Both the position numbers and the translations under genes were made by a program. From a virus (lineage: Duplodnaviria; Caudoviricetes): 60,531 nucleotides of DNA. Below the pieces are notes generated by a model. It ran no database searches. It worked only from the letters and a program-made list of their open reading frames with translations, and was not told the DNA's origin. Where the stretch lies: IMG/VR virus record IMGVR_UViG_3300040979_000011, positions 1 through 60,531 of that record. One strand, written 5' to 3'. Numbering within the stretch: position 1 is the stretch's first letter; the number at the start of each line of letters is the position of its first letter. This document shows positions 35,773 to 46,325 of this stretch, piece after piece.

Positions 35773-38472
35773 ATGGCCGATCCAGCTACCCAATTCCAAA
35801 CCGCCAGTCTTCAAGCCTCAGGCTATACACCAGTTACTGGTGGAAACCTTGGTGGCTCCCATCTATTCGGAGGCGCTGGAGCGCTCTGGGCACAGGTTGG
35901 CAAGACAGCTCTGGAGGCCGGTGAAGCGATCCAAAAATCACCTCTCAATCCGGCGGTGAGAGCGCAGATACAATATAATGTTGATCAGTACAAGCGTGGT
36001 CAGGAACTAATCGCAAAGCAGCGTCAGATGGGCGATTGGGGCTACCTGCTGGGACAAACCGGTCCGCAAGGCTACAGTCAAATTGCTCCAGGACAAATCA
36101 CTGATCCTACTCTGGCGCAACAGTATCTAAATAGACTGATACCTGGGTATCCCTCAGCAGGAGGAGGCGGCACAGGACCACCGCCAGCTGTCAACACAGA
36201 CACTGGCGAAGGGGGAGGACAGCCTGCGCCACAAGCACCACCTGCAACACCACCAGGAGGACCACCACCTGGAACTTTTTTAAGTCCCGCCACCGGAAGT
36301 TACGAGCCGTTGCAGCAGCCTGAGCAGCCGCCGCAGAAGAAACCAGAGGAGAAGAAGGAGAAGAAGAAGCCGCCTACCGCAAAGGAAATGGGACGTGGTA
36401 CCGCACAGGTCACTCCTGCGACGACTAACATGTTCGCTGCCGCGACCGGAGCACAAGCTCCTTCTCCAACTGACTTCCAGGGACCAACTCAAGCTCAAAC
36501 AGATGTAGCGGTTCGAGAAGCCTTAGGTCGCAACCAGTTCGTTTCTAGTGAACGAGGTGTTCCGGCTGGTTACCAGCCGCCATCGGGTTATTTCCTTAAT
36601 CCGGCTACGGGAAGTTACGAGCAATTGCAAGCGCAACAACCGCAAGCGCAACAACAACCCCAGGATCAGGATCAGACACCGCTGGGCAAACAGCTGATGA
36701 GCCAGTGGCAAAATCAGAACGCGCACCCGGTTGCGCCGGTCAGTGAAGCGCTCAAATGGGGCAAGAACAATTTTGATACCCGGATTCAGGATGCGACCTA
36801 TCTGCCGCATGGCGGCCCACTGAATCAGCCTGCTTACGCCTTCCATATGAAGGGAGGTGGGACAAATTTGGTCCCACTCTCGCAGATGGTACGAAACGGG
36901 TTCGCGCCTAATGTAGCCGGAAACCAGACCTCGATAACTTTGAGTCAGGCCGACGCAATGCAGCCGCAAGCGGACCAAGGTCAGATGCAGCCCACTGGGG
37001 CAGTGAGCGGTCAAGCGCTAGCGCTGCAACAGGGGCAGGGCGCTCAGCCTGCTGTCCAGATGCAGCCAACCGGCAATGTGGGCCAGCCGCAGCCGCCGCC
37101 GGCTGCGCCCGGAGCTGCGCCAGGAGCGATTGCCGGGGGGCTAGCCGGTGCGCCAGCGGCTCCAGGCGGTCAAGAGCTGAGGGATATCTACGGGAATCCT
37201 CTCAGTGCTTATACCGGCCTTCCGTCTAGAGGTGGCCCAGGCCCTGAGCAGTTAACTGCTCAAACGGGACCGGCAGGCACACGTATTGAGCCCGCGCCAT
37301 CACCCACTATTCCTAACGTCTCCAAAGCGGATCAAGATCTGGTCCAAGGCTTGGCAGACAAGACGGCGAAAGACGCTCCCGTTGATAAAATAAGTGGTGA
37401 TCGCAGAGTGGAAGGTACTCCGGCCGGAGGTCCGACTTATTATATAGACGACAACCCCGATTCACCCAGTCGAGGGCGTGTTTACACAGTTCTGCCAGGA
37501 CAGAAAGGATCCTATTATGATCAGGACCGTTGGTATTTAGGTAGAAACGAATACAGAACGTATTCGCTGCCTACATCTGTGATGCGGCAGCATATGGAGG
37601 ACTACTGGGTCAAAGCTGGTCAGCTTACGCCAGCGGAGATCAAAAAGATGAGTCCAGAGGAGATGAAGCCGTGGCTGGAGCGGGCTTGGCAGAATAACAA
37701 TTATACACGGTCTCCTGCAGAGACGGGCACCAATCTCAGCCTTGATACGTTGGAGGATCTCCATAAAACCACTGCGCAAATTAAGGATATACTTAAAACA
37801 GTGGCCAAGCATGGGTACCCAAAGTTGAACTCGATGGATAGAGGTAATGCTGCAATACAGAATGCAGAAACATCTATTGGGCTTCGTGGGGAATGGCTCC
37901 GCTTCATGGAGCCGAGTGTTGCTGAGGCCGTCCGCACCTTGGATCAGAAACTCGATCATGCACGTATTTTGATCAAAGAACATCCAGAATTACTAGTTAG
38001 TCTTGGTACGGCCCAAGGATTAGGATTGCCTAGCCTTCCTGTGCCAATGGTAGGAAATGTAGAACTGCCGAGCATACCGAAGTCAGATGTCCTTAGTGAT
38101 TCAGCTTTTTCCGGCCAAGATGTGGATGCCAAATTAAAGGCCCTAGATGGTTACCAGAAAGCCGTTGATACTCGCTACAAGAACTTGGTTAGCGGAGCCC
38201 AGACGCAGTGGCAAAAAATCGATGATAGACATGCAGCGAACCTGATTAGGTTAGATCAAGGCAAGGAGATACCTGACGAGACCAATCTTTATAGTAGCCG
38301 CGAGCTTCCGACGGTAAGCGAAGCCAAACCGACTGCTCAACCATCACCAACACCTATGGTACATGTTAACAGTCCATCGGAGTTCGAGGCATTCAAAAAG
38401 AAATATCCTTCTGGAACACATTTTATGGGTCCAGACGGCAGTGGTGGCGTCAGAGAGTGGGTAACACCATAG
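35773..38472 (+). CDS. Large internal virion protein
   Basis: 899 aa, Pro/Gln-rich, in the ejection operon. Confidence 0.65.
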   Translation: MADPATQFQTASLQASGYTPVTGGNLGGSHLFGGAGALWAQVGKTALEAGEAIQKSPLNPAVRAQIQYNVDQYKRGQELIAKQRQMGDWGYLLGQTGPQGYSQIAPGQITDPTLAQQYLNRLIPGYPSAGGGGTGPPPAVNTDTGEGGGQPAPQAPPATPPGGPPPGTFLSPATGSYEPLQQPEQPPQKKPEEKKEKKKPPTAKEMGRGTAQVTPATTNMFAAATGAQAPSPTDFQGPTQAQTDVAVREALGRNQFVSSERGVPAGYQPPSGYFLNPATGSYEQLQAQQPQAQQQPQDQDQTPLGKQLMSQWQNQNAHPVAPVSEALKWGKNNFDTRIQDATYLPHGGPLNQPAYAFHMKGGGTNLVPLSQMVRNGFAPNVAGNQTSITLSQADAMQPQADQGQMQPTGAVSGQALALQQGQGAQPAVQMQPTGNVGQPQPPPAAPGAAPGAIAGGLAGAPAAPGGQELRDIYGNPLSAYTGLPSRGGPGPEQLTAQTGPAGTRIEPAPSPTIPNVSKADQDLVQGLADKTAKDAPVDKISGDRRVEGTPAGGPTYYIDDNPDSPSRGRVYTVLPGQKGSYYDQDRWYLGRNEYRTYSLPTSVMRQHMEDYWVKAGQLTPAEIKKMSPEEMKPWLERAWQNNNYTRSPAETGTNLSLDTLEDLHKTTAQIKDILKTVAKHGYPKLNSMDRGNAAIQNAETSIGLRGEWLRFMEPSVAEAVRTLDQKLDHARILIKEHPELLVSLGTAQGLGLPSLPVPMVGNVELPSIPKSDVLSDSAFSGQDVDAKLKALDGYQKAVDTRYKNLVSGAQTQWQKIDDRHAANLIRLDQGKEIPDETNLYSSRELPTVSEAKPTAQPSPTPMVHVNSPSEFEAFKKKYPSGTHFMGPDGSGGVREWVTP

Positions 38473-38483
38473 AGCTTTATTAA

Positions 38484-41400
38484 ATGCCTACGGCTGCAGA
38501 GCGCGTGTCTTTGGAGGAGGCCAGTCGATATGCCGGGAGCCCAACGCCATGGACATCTGAAAACGCTCCAGATGTTGGCCTTGATCCGAACAAAGGATTT
38601 ACCAATCCACAATTTGGAGTCTCGCAGCCAGTCCAGTCCACTCTGCCGCCGGAAACAACTCCGCCTCCTTCGATGGCACCGGGGCTGGGAACGATAGGCG
38701 GAGCGCCTCTTGCTGAGCCGACAAAAGAAAAATGGACCCCGGCTGATGCTGGTGCAAAGCCAGTTAGTGATCAGAGCAAGGCAGAGACCGCAACTGACAA
38801 CAAGCCCAGCGATAAACCTGCAGGGAAATCATGGACTCCGGCTGATGTCGGTGCAAAGCCAGTCGATCAGACCGCAGCTTCACAGCCCACAGAGAAATCA
38901 TGGACCCCAGCTGATGGCGGTGCTAAGCCAGTCACCACCGAGGCCCAGCCACAGCCGCAGCCACAGCCGCAACCCCAGCCGCAGGCCAAGCAACCGTTAG
39001 TCGTCCCAGCCCCGACACCTCAAGGACCGACGACCACCGAACAACTGCCCGAAGGGCAAGAAGATCAGCATACCCGGATCAATGACCTGATTACTTCCGG
39101 GAAAAGTCCGGGTGAAGCCCAGGCCATCGTCAGTGGCAAGGAGCCTAAGACAATCTCAGGAGCACCGCCGAAGGTAGTCAAACCCGAGGAACCTAAAGCG
39201 CAGGCCGAGCCCGAGGCTCCTCAAGTGCCCCTGGAGGAAGATCCTGTCTTGAAGCACTACCGGGAGGTGGCTCGGCAAAGGGCTCAGGCAGAAGCTCAAC
39301 CCCAGACAACGCAACCGCAGCAGCCTCCCCAGATGATTGAGTACTCGGCTAACCCCAATGCTTATAGCAAGGGCCGGGGCGGTAACCATATCCAGAACAT
39401 TATCCTGCATTCCAGTGATGGCAGCGAAAAGGGCGATGTTAACCAGCTGACTCAACACCTCTCGTCCCATTACTATGTCACCCGGGATGGACGGATCTAT
39501 CACTTCGTTAATGACAACGACAGCGCGTGGCATGCCGGAAAAACCATCAATAATAACACCTACGGCAATTCGGCTACCATTGGCATTGAACAGGAGCACG
39601 TCGACGGCAAACAGGATTGGCCCGAGGCCCAGGTGCGAGCCACTGCTCGATTAACATCCTACCTGCAAAACAAATATGGTCTCAGTAATAGCAACGTCCT
39701 GAAACATTCGGATATCGCACCGGAACGCAAAGTCGATCCGATCGATTATCCCTGGGATAACTTCTATAAATATGTGGCCGAATCCGGCGGCGGCGTCGGC
39801 AAAGGCATAGCTGGTCACGGCGGCGGCGCACTACTGCCGAAGTCCACGGCTGGACTCAATGTCACTCATTTCGGTTACAAGACTGATCCGAATCTCGATC
39901 CCGAAAGCGCCAAAGGTCATGGCAAGTACGTCGACCACATGATTGCTGGCTACGATGTGGCACTGAATAAGGCAGGAGCAGCAAAAGTTGGGAACCCTAA
40001 GCCCGGCGCAAAATTTATTTATGATGGCAGAGAATTTCGTTACGCAGACGCCGTTCCAGAGAAATATGCTGATGCGCGCTTTGACGTGTTTGACCCCAAT
40101 TTCGGCGGTCGCGAAGCAGAGGGCGGCAAAGCTGTCGCTGGTGCCGGTAAAGGCGGCAAAGCTCTCCCCGGTGGAGGTGAAGGCGGGAAACCATCACTCG
40201 AAGGCGGCGGAGGTGCTCCAATTCTCGGCGGTGGTCCGATGGTTTCGGTAGGCTATGCCGGGCCTAGTGGTTCTGCGCAAGCAGAGCAGCAGCAAAGCCC
40301 TTTTTATGCCGGAGGTGGCCGTGGTGGTGGTGGTGCGACCGAAGCTGCACCGGGCGGTGGCGAGTTTTCCATTTCTTACCCTCCCTCACTTGGAGGCGTT
40401 GTTATTGTTGGTGATGGAAAAACCAAAGCGAAACGAATTGCTTCAAAAGAAGAAGAGGAAGAGGAAGAAGATCCCGTGGTCACAGCGCTGATGACTCGTG
40501 GGTTTACACGCCCACAAGCTCTTAAGTTTGCCCTGAGCAGTCGGGCTCTCATTTCCCCTATAGGTGTTCGGGGTGTTCGGACGCAACCTCCAGCTGCTCC
40601 GATACAGCCTTCGACCGCCAAGCCTTTGGCGCTCCCTCCGCCTGCGCCGGCTGCGGCAACGGCGACAGGCGTCAAGCCTTCTCCCGAGGTTACGCTCCCG
40701 TCAAAGCAACCGCAGATCCCTGCTCGGAAAGTTCCACCAACTGCTGCACCGTCAACTGCTGCGTCAGCCGATAAACAGGCGGTAGTCCAGGCTTTAGTGG
40801 GCATGGGTATCAAGAAAGCGCATGCTCAACAGCTCGTAGCCAATGTGCATGGCGCTAACGTAGATGAGCTATTGCGAAACGCTTTAAGAGCGCACGCCCA
40901 GGCCGTCAGGGGAGTTGAGGGCGGCTCCTTCAGGCCACCGCAGCAAACTCCTCCTCCAGCGCCGCCGACACCTAAGCCTCAGGAGCAACGGACCACTGCG
41001 CCAGAGCCGGTGTTGCATAAAGCGCCAGTTCCTGAGCCAGAACCACGACCGGCTGAGGAACCGACTCCGTATCCTACGACAGGTGGAACCCATGGTGTAG
41101 CAAACCCGCCATCATTCGCGAAGCTTACACCAGGACTGAAGTTGTCTGACGCGGTGAAGGAGCACGCTACACTGGTCTCTGAGGATGACCCGCGCGTCAA
41201 GAAACAGGCTGACGGCATGACCAAGGGCGAGCACTTCGTCCCAGGAGATCCGATTCATGATCAGCTGCTTAATGGGTTGCCCGAAGGCCAAGGCGGACGC
41301 CAGCATCAGATACTAGGCGAAGCTGAGCAAGCAATCGCGGAAAAGCGACCAATGCATATCAGCTATCTTTCCGCGCCCAAAGAAGCCCAGCGTTACCCAA

Positions 41401-44225
41401 CCCGCGAATCGCGAATGGTTCAATATGACGAGCACAGCCCTGAGGCGCGTCTCATGGGTACAACAGTGGGCCAACTAGTGGGGCACAGTTTCATCCCGAC
41501 TGCGATTGGCATCAAGCTTCCTACCAAAGCCGATGAACCCCACCAGAGCTATATCCAGGGCATCTCAACTAACATTCTGGCCAACAATTTCCAGCACCTC
41601 AATGAGAAGCTGGCCTCGATGGGTGTGGAAACACCTTACAAGAGTCTCGGACACAAATTCTTTAACGATTTAGAAGGTTATTTTTCTAATTTGAATGCCG
41701 GACATAGCGGCACCGGACGCGGTTATGCGATTGGCACCGAACACCACCCCAGCGAACCGGACACCTCACATGTGCCCTATAAGCTGACTCATAAGGAAAC
41801 TGATTTTATCAATACGGTGATTAATAACACCGCAGCATTTGCCAAACACGAGGACGCGCAGAAGCTGCGGGACTTGGCCAGAGCCAATGGCACTCTGATC
41901 ACAGAGGAAGGTGAGACCAACCGCATGCGGCACAATATCGAACAGCACGAGCCCGGTTGGCGGCAACGAGTGCTGGAGCCAAGTATCCGAACTTTTAAGA
42001 CCGGCCTGATCGTTGCTCACCATGCAGGTGAGCAGAATATGCCGCAGACCATCCGGCCCGGTAAAGAGTTCCAGGATCTGACGCGAGCCATACAACGCAC
42101 CAGTGAGCGGGGTCGACCGGATGTGCCGATCAGTGTTTCGCTCCATCATAGCTTCCACGACAATCGATTAATCAACAAGATCGAACGTGAGTTCTCCGAA
42201 AACCGGATCGACGAGGCAGAGGCACGCAGACAGTTAGAAGCCATGGGTGAAGATCCCAATGAATACCGTTTTCACGGCGGCAGCGGTGGCTTGATCACGC
42301 CTTATGAAGAGGACCCGGAATCGATCACGCCGGAGGAACACACCCAGATGCGGGATAACCTGCGCAAACAATGGGTGAGCGGAAAACTGAATATCGAGGA
42401 CTACCGCAGAAAAGCTGCCGAAGTTCCGTTACCCTCAAAGCCGTCCCAGGCAGCTGCGCCCAAGCCAATCTCAGAGCCCGAAGAGCCTGAGACACCCGAA
42501 GAAACGCCGGGAACGCCCACTGCCGTGCCGAAAACTGCCGCCCCTATTCCCAGGCCTAAACCGGTACCAGAAGCGCCCCCAGAGCCTACAGAGAAACCGC
42601 AGATACCAAAGAAACCCGGCACTGAAGAACTTGCTAAGCCCCAGAAAGCTCAACCACCGGCACTGGGCGAAGCGCCCAAGGCAGAGGCCAAACCTGAAGC
42701 TGAGGGTGCCCCATCTAGCCGTGAAGCAGGCGAGGCATATCGGCCACCTGTAGAGCCGCCGCCGGCACCGGGTGAGGTGCCCACCCCGACCAAGGCGAAA
42801 GCCTTAACCAAGCCTGCCCCCAGCGCCGCGCAAGGCCTAGAGAAACCCAAGTGGGAGCGCGCAACCGAGAAACAGCGGCAAGCTTATTTAAAACAGCGAG
42901 TAGCTCAGACCCTCGAAGAGCAGCATTCCGATGCCATGCCGCTCAAGCCGATCATGGACGAAAAAGGTGGTTATTCTTATGATCCGCAAGGCAATCCGCG
43001 CTTTGAGCAGCCCGATTATAATCTGGTTAATTCGCCATTATTAAAGAAGAAAGCCCTTGGGCAGATTGAGGGCGCGGACGACCACGAGGACCAATTGAGC
43101 GAGGATGAGCATAACCACCTCAACTTCGTTGAGCGACGGCGCTTGAGCGCAATGCGCAAGACTAGCGCCGTCAAAACCATGGGCGATCGGATCGTCCAAA
43201 ACTACAATCAGATCAAAGACATTCCCGAGATCGCTGCCGGTAAAGGCTGGTACTCGCGGATGCGTGAGAAGCTCCAGCAACATCTGGGCGATGATCGTGA
43301 GATGTTCGCTCAACTGCTGGGAGCCACCAGTGCTAAAACGCCGGTGCGTCACAACTTCATCCAGGCTCTGGACGCTTATGAGCAATGGAAACGTGGCGAT
43401 TTCGATAACCACATCCAGAAGTATCTGGAGGCCCATAACCAGCTCCAGCAAGGCGGCAAAGGCGCGCTGACTAAGTACATGCGCGAGAAAGGCATCCTGG
43501 GTGAGAACGATCCTGATCATAAGAGTGATGCAGCGGCCATGGCCCACTGGATTGATCATCACGGGATCTTGCCTAAGCAGCAGAACGGATCCAAGTACAA
43601 TGCCAATAGCGATCAGGTCTTGAAGGTGCTCGCCGGTACATGGCTCAAGGAAGTCGGCGCACCCAAGACGCCCAACTTCGCCGGGAACCTATCCGGGCGC
43701 ACGCTCCAGGCGACAATCGATGTCTGGGCTGCACGGCACTTGCGTCGACTCGGCTACGAGGGCCAGACCGGCGACGAACCCTGGCGGCATCAGCCGCGCG
43801 GCGAACCGGGCGTGAGTGGCCTCGATTTCGCCTTCAGTCAGGACGCGATGAAGCATGCGGCCGACAAGATCGGCGTTAACCCAGACGATCTCCAGGCTAT
43901 CCTCTGGTACGCTGAGAAACATCACTGGGACCAGCAAGGCTGGACCCGGGGTGAGGGCTCCAAGAAAGCATCCTTTGACGATGTCTTTGATAAAGTCTTT
44001 TCTAAGACTGGTGAGCCGATGAGTTCAAATGATCTCCGGGCCCATTATGCGGCGGAAGCCGAAAAGGCTAAGCGCGTCACTAAAGCCCAGGAATACATGA
44101 CTCACGCTGATCCTAAGATGCGGGCCAAGCTCGAACCCTACATGGCCAAGCACGGGCTCGCACACGAGGACCTGCGGGCGGCTGCGCCGCAAGAAGAAGA
44201 GCAGGGCCTCGAAGAAGCGGCTTGA
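38484..44225 (+). CDS. 1913-aa multi-domain virion protein with N-acetylmuramoyl-L-alanine amidase (Amidase_2) domain
   Basis: IILHSS...SSHYYV...AWHAG...NSATIGIE...HSDIAPERKVDP; further folded domains separated by Pro-rich linkers. Confidence 0.85.
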   Translation: MPTAAERVSLEEASRYAGSPTPWTSENAPDVGLDPNKGFTNPQFGVSQPVQSTLPPETTPPPSMAPGLGTIGGAPLAEPTKEKWTPADAGAKPVSDQSKAETATDNKPSDKPAGKSWTPADVGAKPVDQTAASQPTEKSWTPADGGAKPVTTEAQPQPQPQPQPQPQAKQPLVVPAPTPQGPTTTEQLPEGQEDQHTRINDLITSGKSPGEAQAIVSGKEPKTISGAPPKVVKPEEPKAQAEPEAPQVPLEEDPVLKHYREVARQRAQAEAQPQTTQPQQPPQMIEYSANPNAYSKGRGGNHIQNIILHSSDGSEKGDVNQLTQHLSSHYYVTRDGRIYHFVNDNDSAWHAGKTINNNTYGNSATIGIEQEHVDGKQDWPEAQVRATARLTSYLQNKYGLSNSNVLKHSDIAPERKVDPIDYPWDNFYKYVAESGGGVGKGIAGHGGGALLPKSTAGLNVTHFGYKTDPNLDPESAKGHGKYVDHMIAGYDVALNKAGAAKVGNPKPGAKFIYDGREFRYADAVPEKYADARFDVFDPNFGGREAEGGKAVAGAGKGGKALPGGGEGGKPSLEGGGGAPILGGGPMVSVGYAGPSGSAQAEQQQSPFYAGGGRGGGGATEAAPGGGEFSISYPPSLGGVVIVGDGKTKAKRIASKEEEEEEEDPVVTALMTRGFTRPQALKFALSSRALISPIGVRGVRTQPPAAPIQPSTAKPLALPPPAPAAATATGVKPSPEVTLPSKQPQIPARKVPPTAAPSTAASADKQAVVQALVGMGIKKAHAQQLVANVHGANVDELLRNALRAHAQAVRGVEGGSFRPPQQTPPPAPPTPKPQEQRTTAPEPVLHKAPVPEPEPRPAEEPTPYPTTGGTHGVANPPSFAKLTPGLKLSDAVKEHATLVSEDDPRVKKQADGMTKGEHFVPGDPIHDQLLNGLPEGQGGRQHQILGEAEQAIAEKRPMHISYLSAPKEAQRYPTRESRMVQYDEHSPEARLMGTTVGQLVGHSFIPTAIGIKLPTKADEPHQSYIQGISTNILANNFQHLNEKLASMGVETPYKSLGHKFFNDLEGYFSNLNAGHSGTGRGYAIGTEHHPSEPDTSHVPYKLTHKETDFINTVINNTAAFAKHEDAQKLRDLARANGTLITEEGETNRMRHNIEQHEPGWRQRVLEPSIRTFKTGLIVAHHAGEQNMPQTIRPGKEFQDLTRAIQRTSERGRPDVPISVSLHHSFHDNRLINKIEREFSENRIDEAEARRQLEAMGEDPNEYRFHGGSGGLITPYEEDPESITPEEHTQMRDNLRKQWVSGKLNIEDYRRKAAEVPLPSKPSQAAAPKPISEPEEPETPEETPGTPTAVPKTAAPIPRPKPVPEAPPEPTEKPQIPKKPGTEELAKPQKAQPPALGEAPKAEAKPEAEGAPSSREAGEAYRPPVEPPPAPGEVPTPTKAKALTKPAPSAAQGLEKPKWERATEKQRQAYLKQRVAQTLEEQHSDAMPLKPIMDEKGGYSYDPQGNPRFEQPDYNLVNSPLLKKKALGQIEGADDHEDQLSEDEHNHLNFVERRRLSAMRKTSAVKTMGDRIVQNYNQIKDIPEIAAGKGWYSRMREKLQQHLGDDREMFAQLLGATSAKTPVRHNFIQALDAYEQWKRGDFDNHIQKYLEAHNQLQQGGKGALTKYMREKGILGENDPDHKSDAAAMAHWIDHHGILPKQQNGSKYNANSDQVLKVLAGTWLKEVGAPKTPNFAGNLSGRTLQATIDVWAARHLRRLGYEGQTGDEPWRHQPRGEPGVSGLDFAFSQDAMKHAADKIGVNPDDLQAILWYAEKHHWDQQGWTRGEGSKKASFDDVFDKVFSKTGEPMSSNDLRAHYAAEAEKAKRVTKAQEYMTHADPKMRAKLEPYMAKHGLAHEDLRAAAPQEEEQGLEEAA

Positions 44226-44231
44226 AATTTT

Positions 44232-44516
44232 TCAGGCGGAACGCTGTTGTTGTGCTTTCTGCCTTCGGATTTTACGCTTAGCTAGTCCCAAAAAGAAGCC
44301 GATAACCATGAGTAAGATGACAGCGGTGAAAAATAAAAATGGCTGATATTGCAACGCTGCCATTATCACGAACACCAGGGCTATCAGGATCCAGATCCCG
44401 ATCTGGATAGCAGCAGGGGTGATAAAGATGATGAAGAGCCAAGCACCTAAACTCATCGGCTCCTCCGTATAGCCTGTCAGGTTGCCGTCTTTGTCGTAGG
44501 TTTTCAAGGTTCTCAT
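44232..44516 (-). CDS. Small multi-TM membrane protein
   Basis: Two to three hydrophobic segments; preceded by promoter motif copy 3. Confidence 0.65.
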   Translation of the reverse strand: MRTLKTYDKDGNLTGYTEEPMSLGAWLFIIFITPAAIQIGIWILIALVFVIMAALQYQPFLFFTAVILLMVIGFFLGLAKRKIRRQKAQQQRSA

Positions 44517-44524
44517 ACACTATA

Positions 44525-44570
44525 TAATCGACCGTTTACTTGAAAGATCAAGTAAATAATCCAACTATTT
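44525..44570 (-). promoter_or_regulatory. Conserved promoter/operator motif, copy 3
   Basis: ATCGACCGTTTACTTGAAAGATCAAGTAAATAATCCAACTATTT with a perfect TTTACTTGA/TCAAGTAAA dyad. Confidence 0.7.
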
Positions 44571-44625
44571 TCCCCTTACGATAACATAGACTTGAAACCT
44601 ACGCAACGCTGCGTATGTTTAAAGC

Positions 44626-44847
44626 GTGAAGAAACTTCTGTTGGTAGGACTTTTGGCAGGGACGAGCGCATTCGCTGGAGACCTCTGGGAATGGGCTCCA
44701 GGCCATTATACTTACACCGATAACCATGGCCGAGTGAGCAACGGGTGGACCTGGGCTCCCGGGCACACCAGCTGGACCGATTCTTGCGGGCATACCCGTG
44801 ATGTTTGGGAATGGGCTCCAGGGCACTTCTCGATCAGCGGAGACTGA
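44626..44847 (+). CDS. Small secreted protein with three WxWAPGH repeats
   Basis: Signal peptide MKKLLLVGLLAGTSAFA; WEWAPGH, WTWAPGH, WEWAPGH. Confidence 0.7.
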   Translation: MKKLLLVGLLAGTSAFAGDLWEWAPGHYTYTDNHGRVSNGWTWAPGHTSWTDSCGHTRDVWEWAPGHFSISGD

Positions 44848-44870
44848 AACAGTCGCGGCGAATCACTGAT

Positions 44871-45347
44871 ATGTTGCCACGTACCAGAGCAGAATCTTCG
44901 CCGGAAGCTGAAGCGACCATCGCTTCACTGCGGCGTGAATACCAGAAGCAGTCCAAACGCCACTTTAGCTGGGGTCCGATTATGGCCGCCTTGGCTATCG
45001 GTTGGGTTGGAGCCATCCTGTTTATGAGCCGGACCAAAAATGCTGACCCACTGGCTGATGCCCGGCTCAATAACGCGCCGGCGGTGGCAGCCGCGCCGAC
45101 TCCGACAGTGCCGCGTGCGCAATTGGTTAATCACTTCGCGCCGCGTCCGATCGGCGGTGCTGCACGGGTACAATTACCAGATGGACGCATTCTCTGGACC
45201 AAGGTATGTGTGGGAGTAAAGTCGCTAACCGATCTACCGCGAAGCGGCAACTTGATTGGCGATATGCGGTACGTCAGCGGGACCAACGCTTTTTGGGTGT
45301 GGACAACACCGATTAGCGGCGGCCTCCCAACCTGGATTGATCCCTAA
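44871..45347 (+). CDS. Single-TM membrane protein
   Basis: TM segment, Pro/Ala linker, small C-terminal domain; start uncertain. Confidence 0.55.
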   Translation: MLPRTRAESSPEAEATIASLRREYQKQSKRHFSWGPIMAALAIGWVGAILFMSRTKNADPLADARLNNAPAVAAAPTPTVPRAQLVNHFAPRPIGGAARVQLPDGRILWTKVCVGVKSLTDLPRSGNLIGDMRYVSGTNAFWVWTTPISGGLPTWIDP

Positions 45348-45880
45348 TGCCTAAAGAACAACAACCACAGCAACCGCAGCAGCAGGAGCAACCTCCGCAG
45401 CAGGACCAAACCCATCCGATCGCTGATCAGTTCAGCGATGACGAGATGGAGCAAGTCCAGCGTTACGGTCAAGCCCTCTCCACTCCGAGCGATTTCTCTG
45501 ATGAAGTTGAGAAGGAGCTTAATAAGCGCGGCGCTTACGAACGGCACCGTGAAGCTGGTGCACAGAAAATGCATCAAGCTCAGACCTCTGGTTCTGAAGG
45601 CCTGGGGCCGAGCGAGGCCGAACAAAAACTCAGTCAACAGAGAAACGCGCTGCTCCAGCGGCAGGCTCAGACCGGCACAGCTGGTGCTGCCCAGGCCCAG
45701 CAAGGCCGATCCGGCTCACCCACTCCCCCGCCAGCACCCACCGGCCCTCAGGGCGTCACCCAGCCATACTCGTCCCAGGCCGGTGCGGTCGGCGGAGCTG
45801 GCCAAGCCCCGCAACCCCAGGCGCAACCGCAAGGGCCACCAGCTGCGCCTGAAGGCGAAGCGCCACCAGAACAAACTTGA
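45347..45880 (+). CDS. Gln/Pro-rich hypothetical protein
   Basis: TAATG coupling to the upstream gene. Confidence 0.55.
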   Translation: MPKEQQPQQPQQQEQPPQQDQTHPIADQFSDDEMEQVQRYGQALSTPSDFSDEVEKELNKRGAYERHREAGAQKMHQAQTSGSEGLGPSEAEQKLSQQRNALLQRQAQTGTAGAAQAQQGRSGSPTPPPAPTGPQGVTQPYSSQAGAVGGAGQAPQPQAQPQGPPAAPEGEAPPEQT

Positions 45881-45933
45881 TTTATTCCGTGATCAAGGTT
45901 AAGAGTAAAGAGTCCCGAAAGGGGCGAAAACGT

Positions 45934-46179
45934 TCATATACGAGCCGTCCGGGGCCTAAAAACTCCGGGCGGTCTTTTTGTGACTAGTGGCCTATGGCCG
46001 ATGATCAGCGATCGGCTCTGATCGTATTCTGCGTGCACGATCCGTTCGCGATCGGTGTAGGGTAGGGCTAGGTATTCGGCGGGCGTTAGTTTTCTGATTT
46101 TCTCACGCCAGCGGCCATTGATTCTGACCGAGAGCGAGCCGCCTTGGTGGAAGACGACTTTGTTAGGTTTGTGGTTCAT
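45934..46179 (-). CDS. Hypothetical protein
   Basis: ORF divergent from the ParB-like gene. Confidence 0.45.
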   Translation of the reverse strand: MNHKPNKVVFHQGGSLSVRINGRWREKIRKLTPAEYLALPYTDRERIVHAEYDQSRSLIIGHRPLVTKRPPGVFRPRTARI

Positions 46180-46325
46180 GTGCGTGCAGTAATTTACCAC
46201 ACGCACTTTCTGCGAAGCCTCTGTTTAAGCCGTTTCGCTGGTCGTTTCCCTGGGAGCGAAAAAATAATTTGACATGATTATTCACTTTGACTTATCAAGT
46301 GTGGTTTGCATTCGATGTCGGTCAA

